From NCBI RefSeq assembly GCF_009834535.1, contig NC_045697.1:8806001-8870000 (forward strand): a DNA stretch of 64,000 bases, written 5' to 3'. The translations under genes were made by a program, and so were the position numbers. Origin of the DNA: Camelus ferus (Eukaryota). Every line of letters begins with the position of its first letter. The stretch's first letter is position 1. The notes under the pieces were generated by a model that was not told the origin of the DNA, searched no databases, and worked only from the letters and a program-made list of their open reading frames with translations. This document shows, in pieces, positions 37,290-49,615 of this stretch.

Positions 37290-37870
37290 AAGGTTTGTCC
37301 AAGTGCACTAATCTTGAGTGTCCAGCTTGATGAACTTTTGATTACATCCGGGTAATTTAAATACACCTGTATCACCATCAGTAAGACAAAGGTATAGAAC
37401 TTTCTCACCTTTCTAGAAGGTTCCTCTGTGTGCTTTCCTAGTCAATAATCTCTCCACCAAGAGCTAACTATTCTTCTGACACTAAACAACATTAACTAAT
37501 TTTGAGTATTCTTTAGCTTCATATAAATGGAATTATAAAGTAATTTCATTTTTGCATCTTGCTTCTTCTTTCAAAAAAATGTCTGTGAGAGTCATCTATG
37601 TCGTGGCAGTAGTTGTTTTTTTCATTGCCGTGTACTACTCCATTGTATGAATACACCACGATTTATCTATCCATTCTCCTCTTGGGGGACATTTGGGTTG
37701 TTTGCTGTTTTTGGTGTTGTGAATGAAGCTGTAATAACCATTTTTGTAATGCCTTTGGGTGGACATATGCTCTTATTTCTCCTGAGTATGTACTTAGTAG
37801 TGGAATTGCTGGGCCATAGGTTAGGTGAATATTTAACCTTAGTAGACATGAACCTTTGCCTTTTCCAGTG
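37290..37870 (-). mobile_element. Older L1 (L1MC/ME-like) fragment
   Basis: ttcatataaatggaatt...ccattgtatgaatacaccacgatttatctatccattctcct...gtggaattgctgggccatagg. Confidence 0.7.
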
Positions 37871-39220
37871 AGAGCTATACCGTATCAGGGGCCAAGGTCT
37901 TCTTGATCTTTGTTACATCCCAGAACCCACAGCAATTCCTGGCTCAGAGTCAGTGCCAATGAGTACTTTTTGAGTAAATGGAAGTACTTGCATATTATGC
38001 ATCTTGGTTCTTGGCTTTGTTTTGGAGGCTACCATGTTTCAGTGAATGGAAAGGTCAGAATCTGTCTCCCTGTGCCCAGAATCCCCCTTTCAAAACAAAC
38101 GTTTTATAATGCTTCCTTAAATGTCTCAAAATGAAGTTCACAGATAATACAACTTGTCTACACATATATTTTGTTTTTAATCAATGTGATGTCCTAACTT
38201 TTATGCAAAGGAAAAATAGAAAGGAAGTAATTTATAGTAAGGTAATGAGTATTTTGATATACAAATAGCTGGGGACTTCTACACTGAAGACATATTGAAA
38301 TACACAGATTCTCGCAATTGTACAAATGATCAGTACAAATGCAAAGTGAGAGAGAGGTGCAAATTTCTGGTAACTCCTATTACAAATTCCATTGTTGTCA
38401 GTGATATGATCTTCCAAATGGCAACCAACGCTTGGCAAAATTTTTCATAAAAGAAAATACAGTCTTCCCTCAATTTGAAAAATTCATTGTATATTAAAAC
38501 TGTATAAGAATGCTTTTTTTTTTTAATGTAAAATGACGTTGGGGTCTAGGTTTAGAAAGCTTTTCAACAAGAAGAATGTTTTGTGGGATATATATGGCAT
38601 GAAGCATATTCCTCAATGGACAGGACTGTCCCAAGCATCGTATAGGGTGTCTACTCTTCTTGGTATTCAACCATGAAATGCCAGTGAGTGTCCTCTTATC
38701 TATTCCTACAAATTTCCAAAACATTTCCACCCCCAAGAGAGAATCATGGTTCTAACTCAACTCTTTCATTTTACAGGTGAGGGAATCATTCCTTTGAAAA
38801 GGGAAGAACTGCCTCCTGGATCTCCCAGGGACTTAGAGGTTCATTCGTTGTGGACAACAATCTCTTGACTCCTTAATCTAAATCAGGGTTCGGTCCACCA
38901 CAGCAATTGGAACTGGGTCTTTGAGTCAAATAGGTGGGCTCAAATCTTGGCTCCGATCTTAGGCAAATTGTTTCATCTTTTTGAGCTTCTGTTTCATCAT
39001 CTGCAAAACTGAGATTAAAAATAACATTTCCCTCAGAGACTTGTGAGGATCAAGCAAAATTATAACTATAAATTCCTGGCACATAGTGAGATCTCAATAA
39101 ATGGTAGTTATTCTATTACTCCTTTAAAGCTCATTTATCTAAGTTCTCACAGAAATTGGTATATCCTATTCTGGGAGAACTCCATTTGAATTTTTCTCTG
39201 CAGAGAAGCACTTGTGTATC

Positions 39221-39471
39221 TTTTTTTTTTTTTAATTGAAGTACAGTCAATTACAATGTGTCAATCTCTGGCGTACAGCATAATGTCCCAGTCGTGCATA
39301 TACATACATATATTTGTTTTCACATTTTTTTCCATTAAAAGTTATTACAAGATATTGAACATAGTTCCCTGTGCTATACAACATAAACTTTAAAAAAAAT
39401 CTATTTCTATATATAGTGGCTAACATTTGCAAATCTCAAACTCCTAAATTTATCCCCTCCTACCCTCTTTC
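39221..39471 (-). mobile_element. Short L1 3' end (same type as 5416-5602)
   Basis: Poly-T then aattgaagtacagtcaattacaatgtgtcaatctctggcgtacagc; degenerate flanking repeat CACTTGTGTATC / CACTTATTTATC. Confidence 0.8.
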
Positions 39472-39869
39472 CACTTATTTATCTTTATCCTTTGTTTCCA
39501 GTGATCCAAACAGTCCCTTTCCAGGGCTAAGTGTCCTTCTAACCCCCTCCACACCAAAGCTGTCCTAGGCCATAGTCAAGGACAAAATGCCTTGGGCTAA
39601 GTAGCTCAGAGCACCCAGACACTTTGGCTTTTGTTAAAGAATGGAAGAAGAAACTTTGGGGCTGCAAATGACTTGAAAAAAAGGGAAGAAAGACGATGAA
39701 ATTTTGTGCCAGATGCACGGTGAATGGTCTATCTCTTTTCACTCTATCAACACCTGTGAGGTAAGAATTGTTTATTACTACCTCCGCTTTACACATGAGA
39801 AAGTGGGGACTCTGAGCTGGCCCTTCCTTGAAGTCACACAGAGCCAAGACTGAAATAAAGCTTGATAGA

Positions 39870-41030
39870 CATTCTCTCAGTGTGGGTTCTTTCAAAATCA
39901 GACCCCAAGGTGAGGATTTGGGTGCAAGTAGTTTATCTGGGAGTTGTTTTTATTATCAACTGTTGCCTCTCAGCTCTGATGCACCCTTCAGTATATGGTC
40001 TGTGATAAAGAATTTCTCCTTGACATGAGTGTGATGCTGAGCTTTCTCAGTGGAGGATGCTGGAGGGATGTTGCAGGAGGAGGAGGGTCTCTGGCTATTT
40101 CTGTGCCAAATGGGTCTCAATTATGGGTGTAGGGACATTCAGTGGAATCTATCCATAGACCAAAAGGCAGTCCTTCTGCAACTTTTCAGCCTTGATGTGA
40201 TGATAGCCTTTGTGTAGTCCCCTCAGCGTGGAAATCAGAACCAGCAGCACCCCTCACACGGTCTGAAGGGCTCCCCTCCCCACTGGCTCCCAGACTCCAC
40301 ATCTCTACCATCAGTGCTGCTCCCCCACATGCACTCTGGAGGGTGAATTCTTGCTTGCAGCACCTCCAGACCAGCTCCAGCCTAGCCACAGCAGCAGACC
40401 TCTCCACTATCCAGTGGGCTGAACCACACCTGCTCCAAAGATGTCTGGATGCCTCCCATGTTTGTCCTTCCATGGGCACTTAGCTTAAGCCATAGGCTGC
40501 CTTGTAGATTTTCCTTGTATCTTACAGTTACTCTTTATCGTAGTTAACGGTTCTCTGTATTACATCTCCTCTGTTTAAGTTACTGTGTGTTTTGTCTGAT
40601 TGGACCCCGACTGTCCAAGGAGGGGATCACAGGGGGAAGGCAAGAGAGTGGGGAAGAGAAAAAAGCCAATAAGGACCGTGTCAATGAATGAGCCACTATT
40701 GTCCATATCTGGGACTCAATCACACTGGTGTTCCTTTGAGAGTCTGGGTACCACACACTCCAGCATTGCCCCAACAAGAGGCAAGAGGTCTGGATGTTTA
40801 GCCACCAACTTCTGTTCCTTGTTGATTAAGGGTTGCTTTGGGCGACTTTAACTCCCTGACACTTTTGTCCTGCCCTGCATGTCCAGACATTCCAGAGCAT
40901 AATAACGTAGCCAGAAAAAGCCCTCATGTAGAGGGAGACAGATCCTTGAAGGTTAGCTCTCTGAGTGCCTGGTGACCTCTAGGGTGGGCCAAGGGGATGT
41001 GGGTGGCCATGATGTGTCTACTACAGACAT
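39870..41030. mobile_element. Old ERVL-type LTR relics, apparently one nested in another (inner ~39950-40612)
   Basis: Outer gggttctttcaaaatcagaccccaaggtgaggatttgggtgcaagtagtttatctgggag resumes at ~40620; inner ends ctgattggaccccgactg. Families not assignable by eye. Confidence 0.45.
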
Positions 41031-43268
41031 GTAAGATGCCAGGCAGCAGAAGGAAATTGGTCAGCTGGAGGCCCATGAGTGGCTCAGACTGATTCAGGGT
41101 GAATTTTCTGGAAAAGCCCAGTTGCAGAAGATCAAATGTTTTCCTGACTGGTATAATTTAATTGTACAGTCAGTGTTTGCTATGGATAACCAGGTTTTTC
41201 TTTGACCTTAACAGTCTCACTGGCTTGCTACCTGCACTGGAAGACACTGTTTTCTAGCCGTTTCGAATATAAAAAGCCAAACCTGACTTTCATGAAGAGC
41301 TGGCAGCCCTGCCGTTTTCAGGAGGTGCTGAGTATCCAACCAGCAAAAAGGCATTGGTGTTTGTGTTTTCTCTCTGCCCTTTACAAGAGTATTTCAGCTA
41401 AAGCAAAAGGCTTTTTTTTCCTTCACCTTGGGTGTTTTAATAGAAATCTTGGTGACATTAAGCCCTTTTAATACTGAGCACCAGCTTCTAAAGTTCAGTG
41501 ACGACAAAGCTCTGTTCTGCCAAGGAACGCGGTGGGTACCAAAGTGATGGATTCTCATTACCAGGAATACCAGAATAAAAATACAGTCGGAAGACAAGTT
41601 TATTACAAAGGGCCACGGACGGTGTCTGTCTGTGGGAAATGGGCTGAAAGAGGTTATTTTTATATTAAGTTTTTTAAATCATTCACATTTTGTGGTAATT
41701 TAATCAATTGATATGGTTTCACAACTGCTGTTGCGTTCTTTCTGCGTTTAAAATATTCAGTGAAGAAAGAACAAGGAAACTTATTCCTGAAATGGAAAGC
41801 TCTCCAAGACGGGTGTTAAGTGACAAAAGCAACATGGTGAACAATATCGAGTAGCTAACTATGGTCTGAGAATGAAGGAAAAAAGATTATCTAGTCACCT
41901 TTGCTTAGGTGAAAATCTACTGAAAGCATCTAGGCATGGGTAAAGAGGGCAGAAACCAGAAGTGAGAGTTTTCTGATTTATGACTTTTATATTGTTTTGA
42001 TTTTACAATCACATCATTGCATTTCCTGTTCAGATAAATAGATAACCAAAGCCCAGTGAAGAACATAATCACTGGAGACTAAGCCTCTGTTCTATGATCA
42101 TTTTTCACAACCTTTGAAGGTAGCTTCAGATGGGAAAACGCATTCCACGAAGTTCAAATATCTGCACAGAGTGATTCCTTTGCAAACATTTAGGGCATGA
42201 GTGCTTTTATCTGATCATGGACGATTTTTTACATCTATGCTGCTATTTACCACACAGGCAGCAGGGGGAAGTGTTTCTCTGTTTTATTTTGTGCATTCCC
42301 TGTCTCCCCAGCCTCATATGCAAAACCAACCAACTATTCTCTAATTCAAACCTATGACAAAATGCACCACATTTTCTAGATTCATGTTGTTACTCTCTCA
42401 TCTCAAAGATCTTTGGGGAACTTGAAGCTTCCAACAGGCTGCTTAATGATTATTCAAAAGGGGCTGATTACTGGGTCTGCCGGTGAGAAGTCCTTCCCTT
42501 TTCTCTCTGTCCCCTCTTGTCATTCCACTCAGCTCCTATACATCACTTTCCATAATCAATTCATAGAAAAAGACCGTCAAATTAGGAGAACCCACAGCGC
42601 TCCCTCTCTCTCGCCCTCTCTTACTTTGCAGATGAGACTCGGGGTTTGTAAGGCAAAACGAACAAACAAATAAAAATAGAGTGGATTTTGGACCAAAAAC
42701 AGCTGAAAGGGAAAGAGAAAAAGTGTTGGCTGAGTGTTTATCTGTGTGCCTGGCTGGCACTGTACCTGCTTTAACGCCTGATGTCTTCACTACAGCAAGA
42801 CTGTGTCGTTAGAGCCATTTTGAGAAAGAGGAGATGAAAGCTCGTAGGCGATCAACAACCCACCCAGATTTATGTTGCTGCAAAAAGATAGAATTGGAAT
42901 TGGGAGGCAGACTGCATCCCCAGCTGGAATACTGACATTTTTCCCTCTACACCACACTAAATACATGGAAAGCAGTGCCTCCCTCTTGCCCCCTGCCCCC
43001 CCAGGTCTCTGAACCTGGTCTCTCACAAGTGTGCGCCAGCCTCCCCCTCCCCCACCGTGTCTGTAGAGAGAAAAGGGAGAGAGGGGAGTTGTCTCAAGAG
43101 CTCCCCAGTGTTAAGTGGTCTTTTTGCTGTGCACCAGCAGTGATTCCTTTAGAAAACGCAGCAACATTGAACTGCCCGAGGACAGAGATTCCTCAAGGTG
43201 TGGACATGGGGCAGTGCTGGCAAAGGCACTGCCCTGTTTCCAAAGTGCTTAGAGTATTTTGTGCCCAT

Positions 43269-43276
<8 letters not shown>

Positions 43277-43308
<32 letters not shown>
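43277..43308. repeat. (GT)n microsatellite
   Basis: Direct reading. Confidence 0.9.
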
Positions 43309-43310
<2 letters not shown>

Positions 43311-46300
43311 CTAAGTGTTCCTGCTTTCTCATCTCAGCATCCTGGCAACGCTTTTAGGTGAAGATGGCAGTGAAGGTGACAAGTGAAGATGCAGAGATGG
43401 ACAATTTGGGGCATTGGGTGGACTAAATTACAGCAGTAAACCAGGAAGAGTGGTAAAGACATTTTACCCAAAGGGAATTTCCTGGGAGTGATCTTGTGAT
43501 CTTGCGTGGCATCCAGCCTCTGTAATAAAGAACACCAGCACCCCTGGAGGGGGAGTGTTGGCCCTTTTCAGTGCTGAGTAGGGCAAGGAGAAAGTCTCCT
43601 TGGGGGCAAGCATGACTTCCGCGTGTTTTAACACTTGCTGGGCTGCCATTTCAACAAAGAGGGGCGAGCAGCAGGCTGGGGTCCTTCGGCGGCCAACAGC
43701 ACGCAGCTAGAATTTTTTTCAGTTGTTTCATTTTCCTTTAGTTACGATTCCCTCTGTGGCAAATGATTATGATTTCCTATTTACAGTAGGGAGAGGTGTC
43801 CTTTTCAATTTGTGCATTTAGATAAAAACGTCAACTTAAAAACAGCTGGGCCAGTGATAGGGTTGACGGTCTGGAGATGTTGGCGAAAGTGATGAAATGG
43901 CTTGAAAATGATGGAAAGGTGGGGGTTGTAGCAGATTATTTCTAAACGTGTCTTCCAACTCAGACAACTTATGACTTTAACTCTGTCATTTGAGAGTCAT
44001 GGGGAAGTTGGAATTGTGCAATTTCAGAACAGAGTGGGATAATCTAGCCCAACCTCCCTGTTTTATGGTTGATGAAGGGGAGGCTTAGAGGCATGTGACT
44101 GGCCCAAGGTCGCTCAGTGTTCTGTTGGCTGATAATCTGTGTGGGGTGGGTGTGTACTGGCTGGAGAGGGAGGGCAGAGTGGGGGTAGCAGGGCAGGATA
44201 GTAACCTAGACAAAGAGCTGCTTTAAGCAATTCAGGCTGTCTTGGCCTCATGGAGGTAAAGAGGGAAGAGGAAGGGGGAGACAATCTTTGAACAGATAAA
44301 AGGAGAGAGAGAGTCCTTAAAAATCTAAGTTTCTTCTGCTTGCTGCAGAGCAGGGACAGGAACTGGCTGGTTTCCCCCAATAAATGCAGCAGTAGCTTTT
44401 TTTTGCTGCAGAATGTGGCGTTAAATACAATAGGTCAGCACTGAGCTTGAATAAAATGTGATGACTGATTGGGAAATGAGTGGTAAGTCCTGCACGGCAA
44501 GTCCTGATTATGGAGATGCTTATCAACACCCCCACCCCCCACCCGCCCGGAATCAACAAAGCTGCACTTGCAGGCTGGCAGAACGGAACCCAGATGTCCT
44601 TGTCCTGGGGACACTTTAAATCTGGCTGGGACAGTCATCTGCGAGGAAACCAGACGTTGCAGAGAGAAAGGACTCAACTTCTGGTGCTTCAGGACCTGCT
44701 CTGGGGGTGAGGCAGGGGGCAGGTCACGGCCCCGCCTTCTCTTTACTGTGAAGTGGGCTCTGAGCTTTGCTTTCCTCTGGGTGTACTGAGATTATAGATG
44801 CGGGATGTAGTCAAGGATTCAAGACAGCTCTCCCGGTGGATGGGGCTGCGGAGCCCAAGGCATGGTCCAGAGCAGGAACTTAGCATCTATTTGTGGACTG
44901 AATGGCCAAGAGGCAGGATAAGTCAATCAATGGGCCTTGCACCCTTCTTGGCATAGAGCCAGCCCACTTATCACCCACATTCCTGGGTGGACAAGTCACC
45001 CGATGTTTCCTCTGTCACTATTTCTTCATACCTAGTATTTAGGTAAGAAGCTGTTCTACAAGTACATTGTTGGGATATGAGAGATGACTCTAATGAGTGT
45101 GGTGGTAGCCTTTTCACTCAGTCGCTCATTAAATCATTTATTCATTCGATCAGCTGATACTTATTAAGCACTTAGTGGGGAGATAATGTGGGGCCCCTCC
45201 TTATAGATTATGATCTAGTGGGGAGGTCAGATAACAACCTTGTAAATAAGTGGATACCAAAATAACGCTTTCTAGACTATCAAACACCTAGCATGAAATA
45301 GCGATTAGATAAAAAGTAATCGTAGTAATAGTGATAAATGCTGATATACATTATATACTTCCTGTGTGCTAATCCTGTTGTAGACAATGAACAGTATGAT
45401 GCATTTAATCTTCACCACTGTCCTAAAAGAGGTCTAAGTATCATCCTTCAGTTCATGAAGGGAAGGTAGGGCAAAGAGCTAGATGGCACTGGGGAGAGGT
45501 GTAATATTTCAGGCAGCATGGTCAAGAAAGACTTCATTGGAGGTGACATTTGAGCAGAGCCCAGAAGACGTACTTTCTTGTGTATCTCTAAAATCCGTAA
45601 TTCCCTTTCTACCCACCCCACCCCACCCCATCATTGTCTAGTGAGGGCTACCTTGCCACTCACTGTCCTTGCAACTACCTTCTAAGTAGACGGGCTGTCC
45701 TTGCAGCCAGAGTGGTGTGACAGCTACTGGAGGGGACAGGTAGATGGACTAAATGCATTTGATCCACTCCCTGCTCTGTTGACCTTTCAAGAGTGTGGCT
45801 TATTGGTGTCCTCGGAATCTGAAGGATACAAGACTTAGACGTCTGGAGTGACAGCATGGAGTAACAGTTTGCCACTGTGCACTTACCCATGCGGAGCCTG
45901 GGTGTTTTCCTCCTCTTCCCATAAACGTTAAGTCATGGCCATTTACTGTGGGACCAGGGGTAGAAAATAACCCAATGGTCAGGGCAGTAATCAGAGTAAA
46001 ATCACCCACACCCATAGTACAACAAGTTCTGTATGGCCTTTCATTTCCCAGATTCCACCTGGGTCTCCCAATGACCTTGTGGAGCAGAGGTAGTCATGCA
46101 TTTTTGGAAGATCAGAGACAATGAAGGCTGAGATGCTTTAGAAGCTTGGCCAAGGGCGTACAGCTGGTGGGGGACGGAGCTAGCGCTTGACCTTTCTGAT
46201 AAAAGAGGAATATGTTAATCCATCTGACCACAGGCTACGGAGAGAATGTCTTGCTTAGCAACAACGACTGTTTGTTCTTATGAATGCTTACCTTGTGCTG

Positions 46301-47204
46301 GATTCTAAACCAAGAATGTTACGTACATTAATCTATTTAATTCTGTTGTGTACCACTTGGAGAACATTTGGCACAGTGTTTGGCACATGGTTAAGAACTC
46401 AATGTTAACTTGTATGATTATATTTTTGAGTGAGGGGAAACAGAGGCCCAGAAGGGTTAAATGACTTGTCCCAAGTCACCTGTCAGTAAACAATGGGGCC
46501 ATGTGGTTACGGGGCCTATCTTTCATCCGTGATGTAGGCTGCCTACCTGCCTCAAGGCTGGGTCCTCAGTTCCTCAGTGAGTACTGTGGGCACTGCACAC
46601 TGAATTTTAGACTTCTGCTGCTTGTCTCTGGCAACATATGGTTTATTCCATTTTTCATTTGAATTACCATTCAAAGCCATTTCAGCCTTGCAGAGATGAG
46701 CGATGCTGAGGCCCTCTCTGTGGTTCCCCTCTAGAACCTACTCACCCCTCTTTTCACTCACAAGAGGCTGAGAACCTGAGGTACTGGAGGGGCAGTTTTT
46801 CTCCTTATTGAGGGCTGCATGTTTCTTGGAGGGGCTGGTAAAATCCCAGCCCTGTGAATGCAATTGGATTTGAATTCCAGTTGTAAGGGTTTCTTGTTTT
46901 GTATTTTGCCAGACTTTCAAACATAAATCTATTTCCTAAGTAGACAATGCCTTGGAGCTCCCTAGTCTCTGCTCCAGGCTGCAGCTCCGTGTTCACTTTG
47001 CTTCATTCCAAAAAGAACCTGTGGGGCCCTGTGCTCAGCAACCCAGAAAAGGCAAATTGAGGGGAATTTGGGTTCTGTTTCCACATTGCTGGAATGGGGC
47101 AGAGAAAGGACAGATAATTCTCAGTGGAAGCTTTCATCAAGGAGACAGAGTTTTAGCCAAGCTCTGAAAAACATTTGGATTTTGATAGCTGCAGGGGGAA
47201 GACA

Positions 47205-48258
47205 AATGCAGCAAAGTGTATATCTGATAAGGGGTTAATAGTCAAAATATAGAAAGAACACAAACAACTCAATAGCAAAAAAGCAAATAACCTGATTAAA
47301 AAATGGATGAAGGATCTGAATAGACATTTCTCCAAAGAAGACGTACAAATGGCCAACAAGTCTATGAAAATGTGCTCAACATCACTAGTCATCAGGGAAA
47401 CGCAAATCAAAACCACAATGGGCTGTCACCTCACACCTGTTACAATGGCCATTATCAAAAAGACAAGAGATAAGAAGTACTGGTGAGAGTGTGGAGAAAA
47501 GGGAACCCTTGGGCGCTTGCCAGTAGGAGTGTAAATTGGAGCAGCAGCTATAGAAAACAATATGGAGATTTCTCAAAAAAATTAAAAATAGAGCTCCCAT
47601 ATCTAATCCAGCAATCTCACTTCCAGGTATATATACTCAAAGGAAATGAAATCAGGATCTTGAAGAAATATCGGCACCTCCATGTTCCTTGCAGCATTAT
47701 TTACAGTCGCCAAGATATGGAAACAATCTAAGTGTCTGTTGATGGTTGAATGGTTAAAGAAAATGTGGTACACATATTATTCAGCCTTAAAAAAGAAAGA
47801 AATCTCGCCATTAGTGACAATGTGGATGCACCATTATGCTAGGTGAAATAAGCCAGTCTCAGAAAGGCAAGTACTACGTGATCTCACTGATATGTGGAAT
47901 CCGTAATTGTCAAATTCATAGAAGCGGGAAGTAGGATGGTTTGTTGCCAGGGGCAGAAGTGTGGGGGAAATAGGGAGATGTTGTCAGAGTCTGAAGTTTC
48001 AGTTGTACAAGATGAATCAATTCAGGAGACCTGACAGACAGTACGGTGACTATAGTTAATGATATGGTTTTGCATACATGAATTTTGCTAAGGGAATAGA
48101 TCTTAAGTATTCTCAGTACACACACAAAAAATGGTAGCTGTGAGGTTGATTTGCTTGATAGTGATAATCATTTCACAATACGTGCTTATATCAAAACATC
48201 ACATTATGCACTTTAAATAGACCCAATTTTTATCAATTTTACTTCAATAAAGCTGGAA
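47205..48258 (+). mobile_element. L1 (L1MA/MB-like) ORF2 end and 3'UTR
   Basis: tatctgataaggggttaatagtcaaaata...gacatttctccaaagaagac...caataaagctgg; decayed ORF2. Confidence 0.88.
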
Positions 48259-48269
48259 GGAGAAGAAAA

Positions 48270-48638
48270 AACCAAAATGCCTTAGAGTGAGTGGCTTAAA
48301 CAATAGAGATTGATTTTCTTATGGTTCTGGAAGCTGGATGTTCAAAATCCAGGTGTGGTCTGGTTTGGTCCTGGTTTGCAGATCCTGCCTTCTCGCTGTG
48401 TCCTCACATGGTCCTTTCTCTGTGTGCATGCATCCTTCGTGTCTCTTTACCTCCAAATTTCCTCTTCTTGTAAGTCAGACTCTCCAGTCAGATTGGCTTA
48501 AGGCCCACCCAATAGCCTTGTTTTAACTTAATCACCTCTTTAAAGGCCGTCTCTCCAAATACTGTCACACTCTGCACTGGAGAGTAGGTCAGTGCTTCAA
48601 CATATGAATTTTCAAGAGACATGATTCAGTTTATCACA
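48270..48638 (-). mobile_element. MLT1 (MaLR) LTR
   Basis: gtggcttaaacaatagag...ttaatcacctctttaaaggccgtctctccaaatac...cttcaacatatgaattt. Confidence 0.8.
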
Positions 48639-49210
48639 GACATCAAGATAAACATTTTACATAATTATTTTAATGTTCATAGTAATGCTCATGACTAGTC
48701 CTATAAGTGACTTCATTTTTCTGAGGCCAACAGAGGTTAAAGTATCTGGTTTATGGTCACACAGCTGGTAAATGGCAGAGCCAGGATTCTTCTATAGCCA
48801 GCTCTGGCGAATACACAACTGGCCGCATGAAACACGGCTGCCGTCATGACGGGTACATTTGGAGTGTGACCAAGGGCCAGCTGCACCTTATTATCAGCTC
48901 CCCCTAATCAAGTGTGGAAGAACAGCACCTTCGGGGGAAGGACTCCAGAAAGGTGGAGAACTTGAGGGCACAATCAGGTTTACATTGTTTCCAGACACAC
49001 ATCTTGATCTTGGACCAGAGCAGCAGATTTGGGAGGGGCAAGGCCGGCTGCATAGATTGGGTTGCATAATGGGGTAGGCATCCTGAGCTAAGGAGGAGGT
49101 GATGATGGTGGCTTCTGGGGCTGGCTCTGTCCCTGAGCATGAAGAACAGGTTATTTATTCTGAAGTCCAGTTGACTGAAATGCAGGGATGCAAAGTCACT
49201 ATTGGAACAG

Positions 49211-49615
49211 TGTTGTGGGTTGAATTGTGTCTCTTCAAAAAGGTATGTTGAAGTCTTAACCCTGGTACCTGTGAGCGTGTCTTTATTTGGGAACAGGATT
49301 GCAGCAGATGTAATTAGTTAAGATGAGGCCACACTGAGTTAGGGTAGCCCTGCATCCAATGACTGATGCGTGATGATGGAGGCAGAGATTGAAGCAGTGC
49401 TTCTGCAAGCCAAGGAACACCAAGGATGGCCAGCCAGCAGCTGCCAGAGGCTGCAAGGGGGACGTGGGACAGACTGTCCTTCAGAGCCTGCAGAAGGCAT
49501 CAACACTTTGGATTTTGTAATTTTGGCCTTTAGGACTGTGAGACAATATGCGTCTGTCATTTAAAGCCACTAGGTTTGTGGAACTTTGTTAAGGCAGCCC
49601 TAGGAAACTAATATA
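49211..49615 (+). mobile_element. MLT1B/C-like (MaLR) LTR
   Basis: tgttgtgggttgaattgtgtc...gatgtaattagttaagatgaggcc...gcagccctaggaaactaata. Confidence 0.85.
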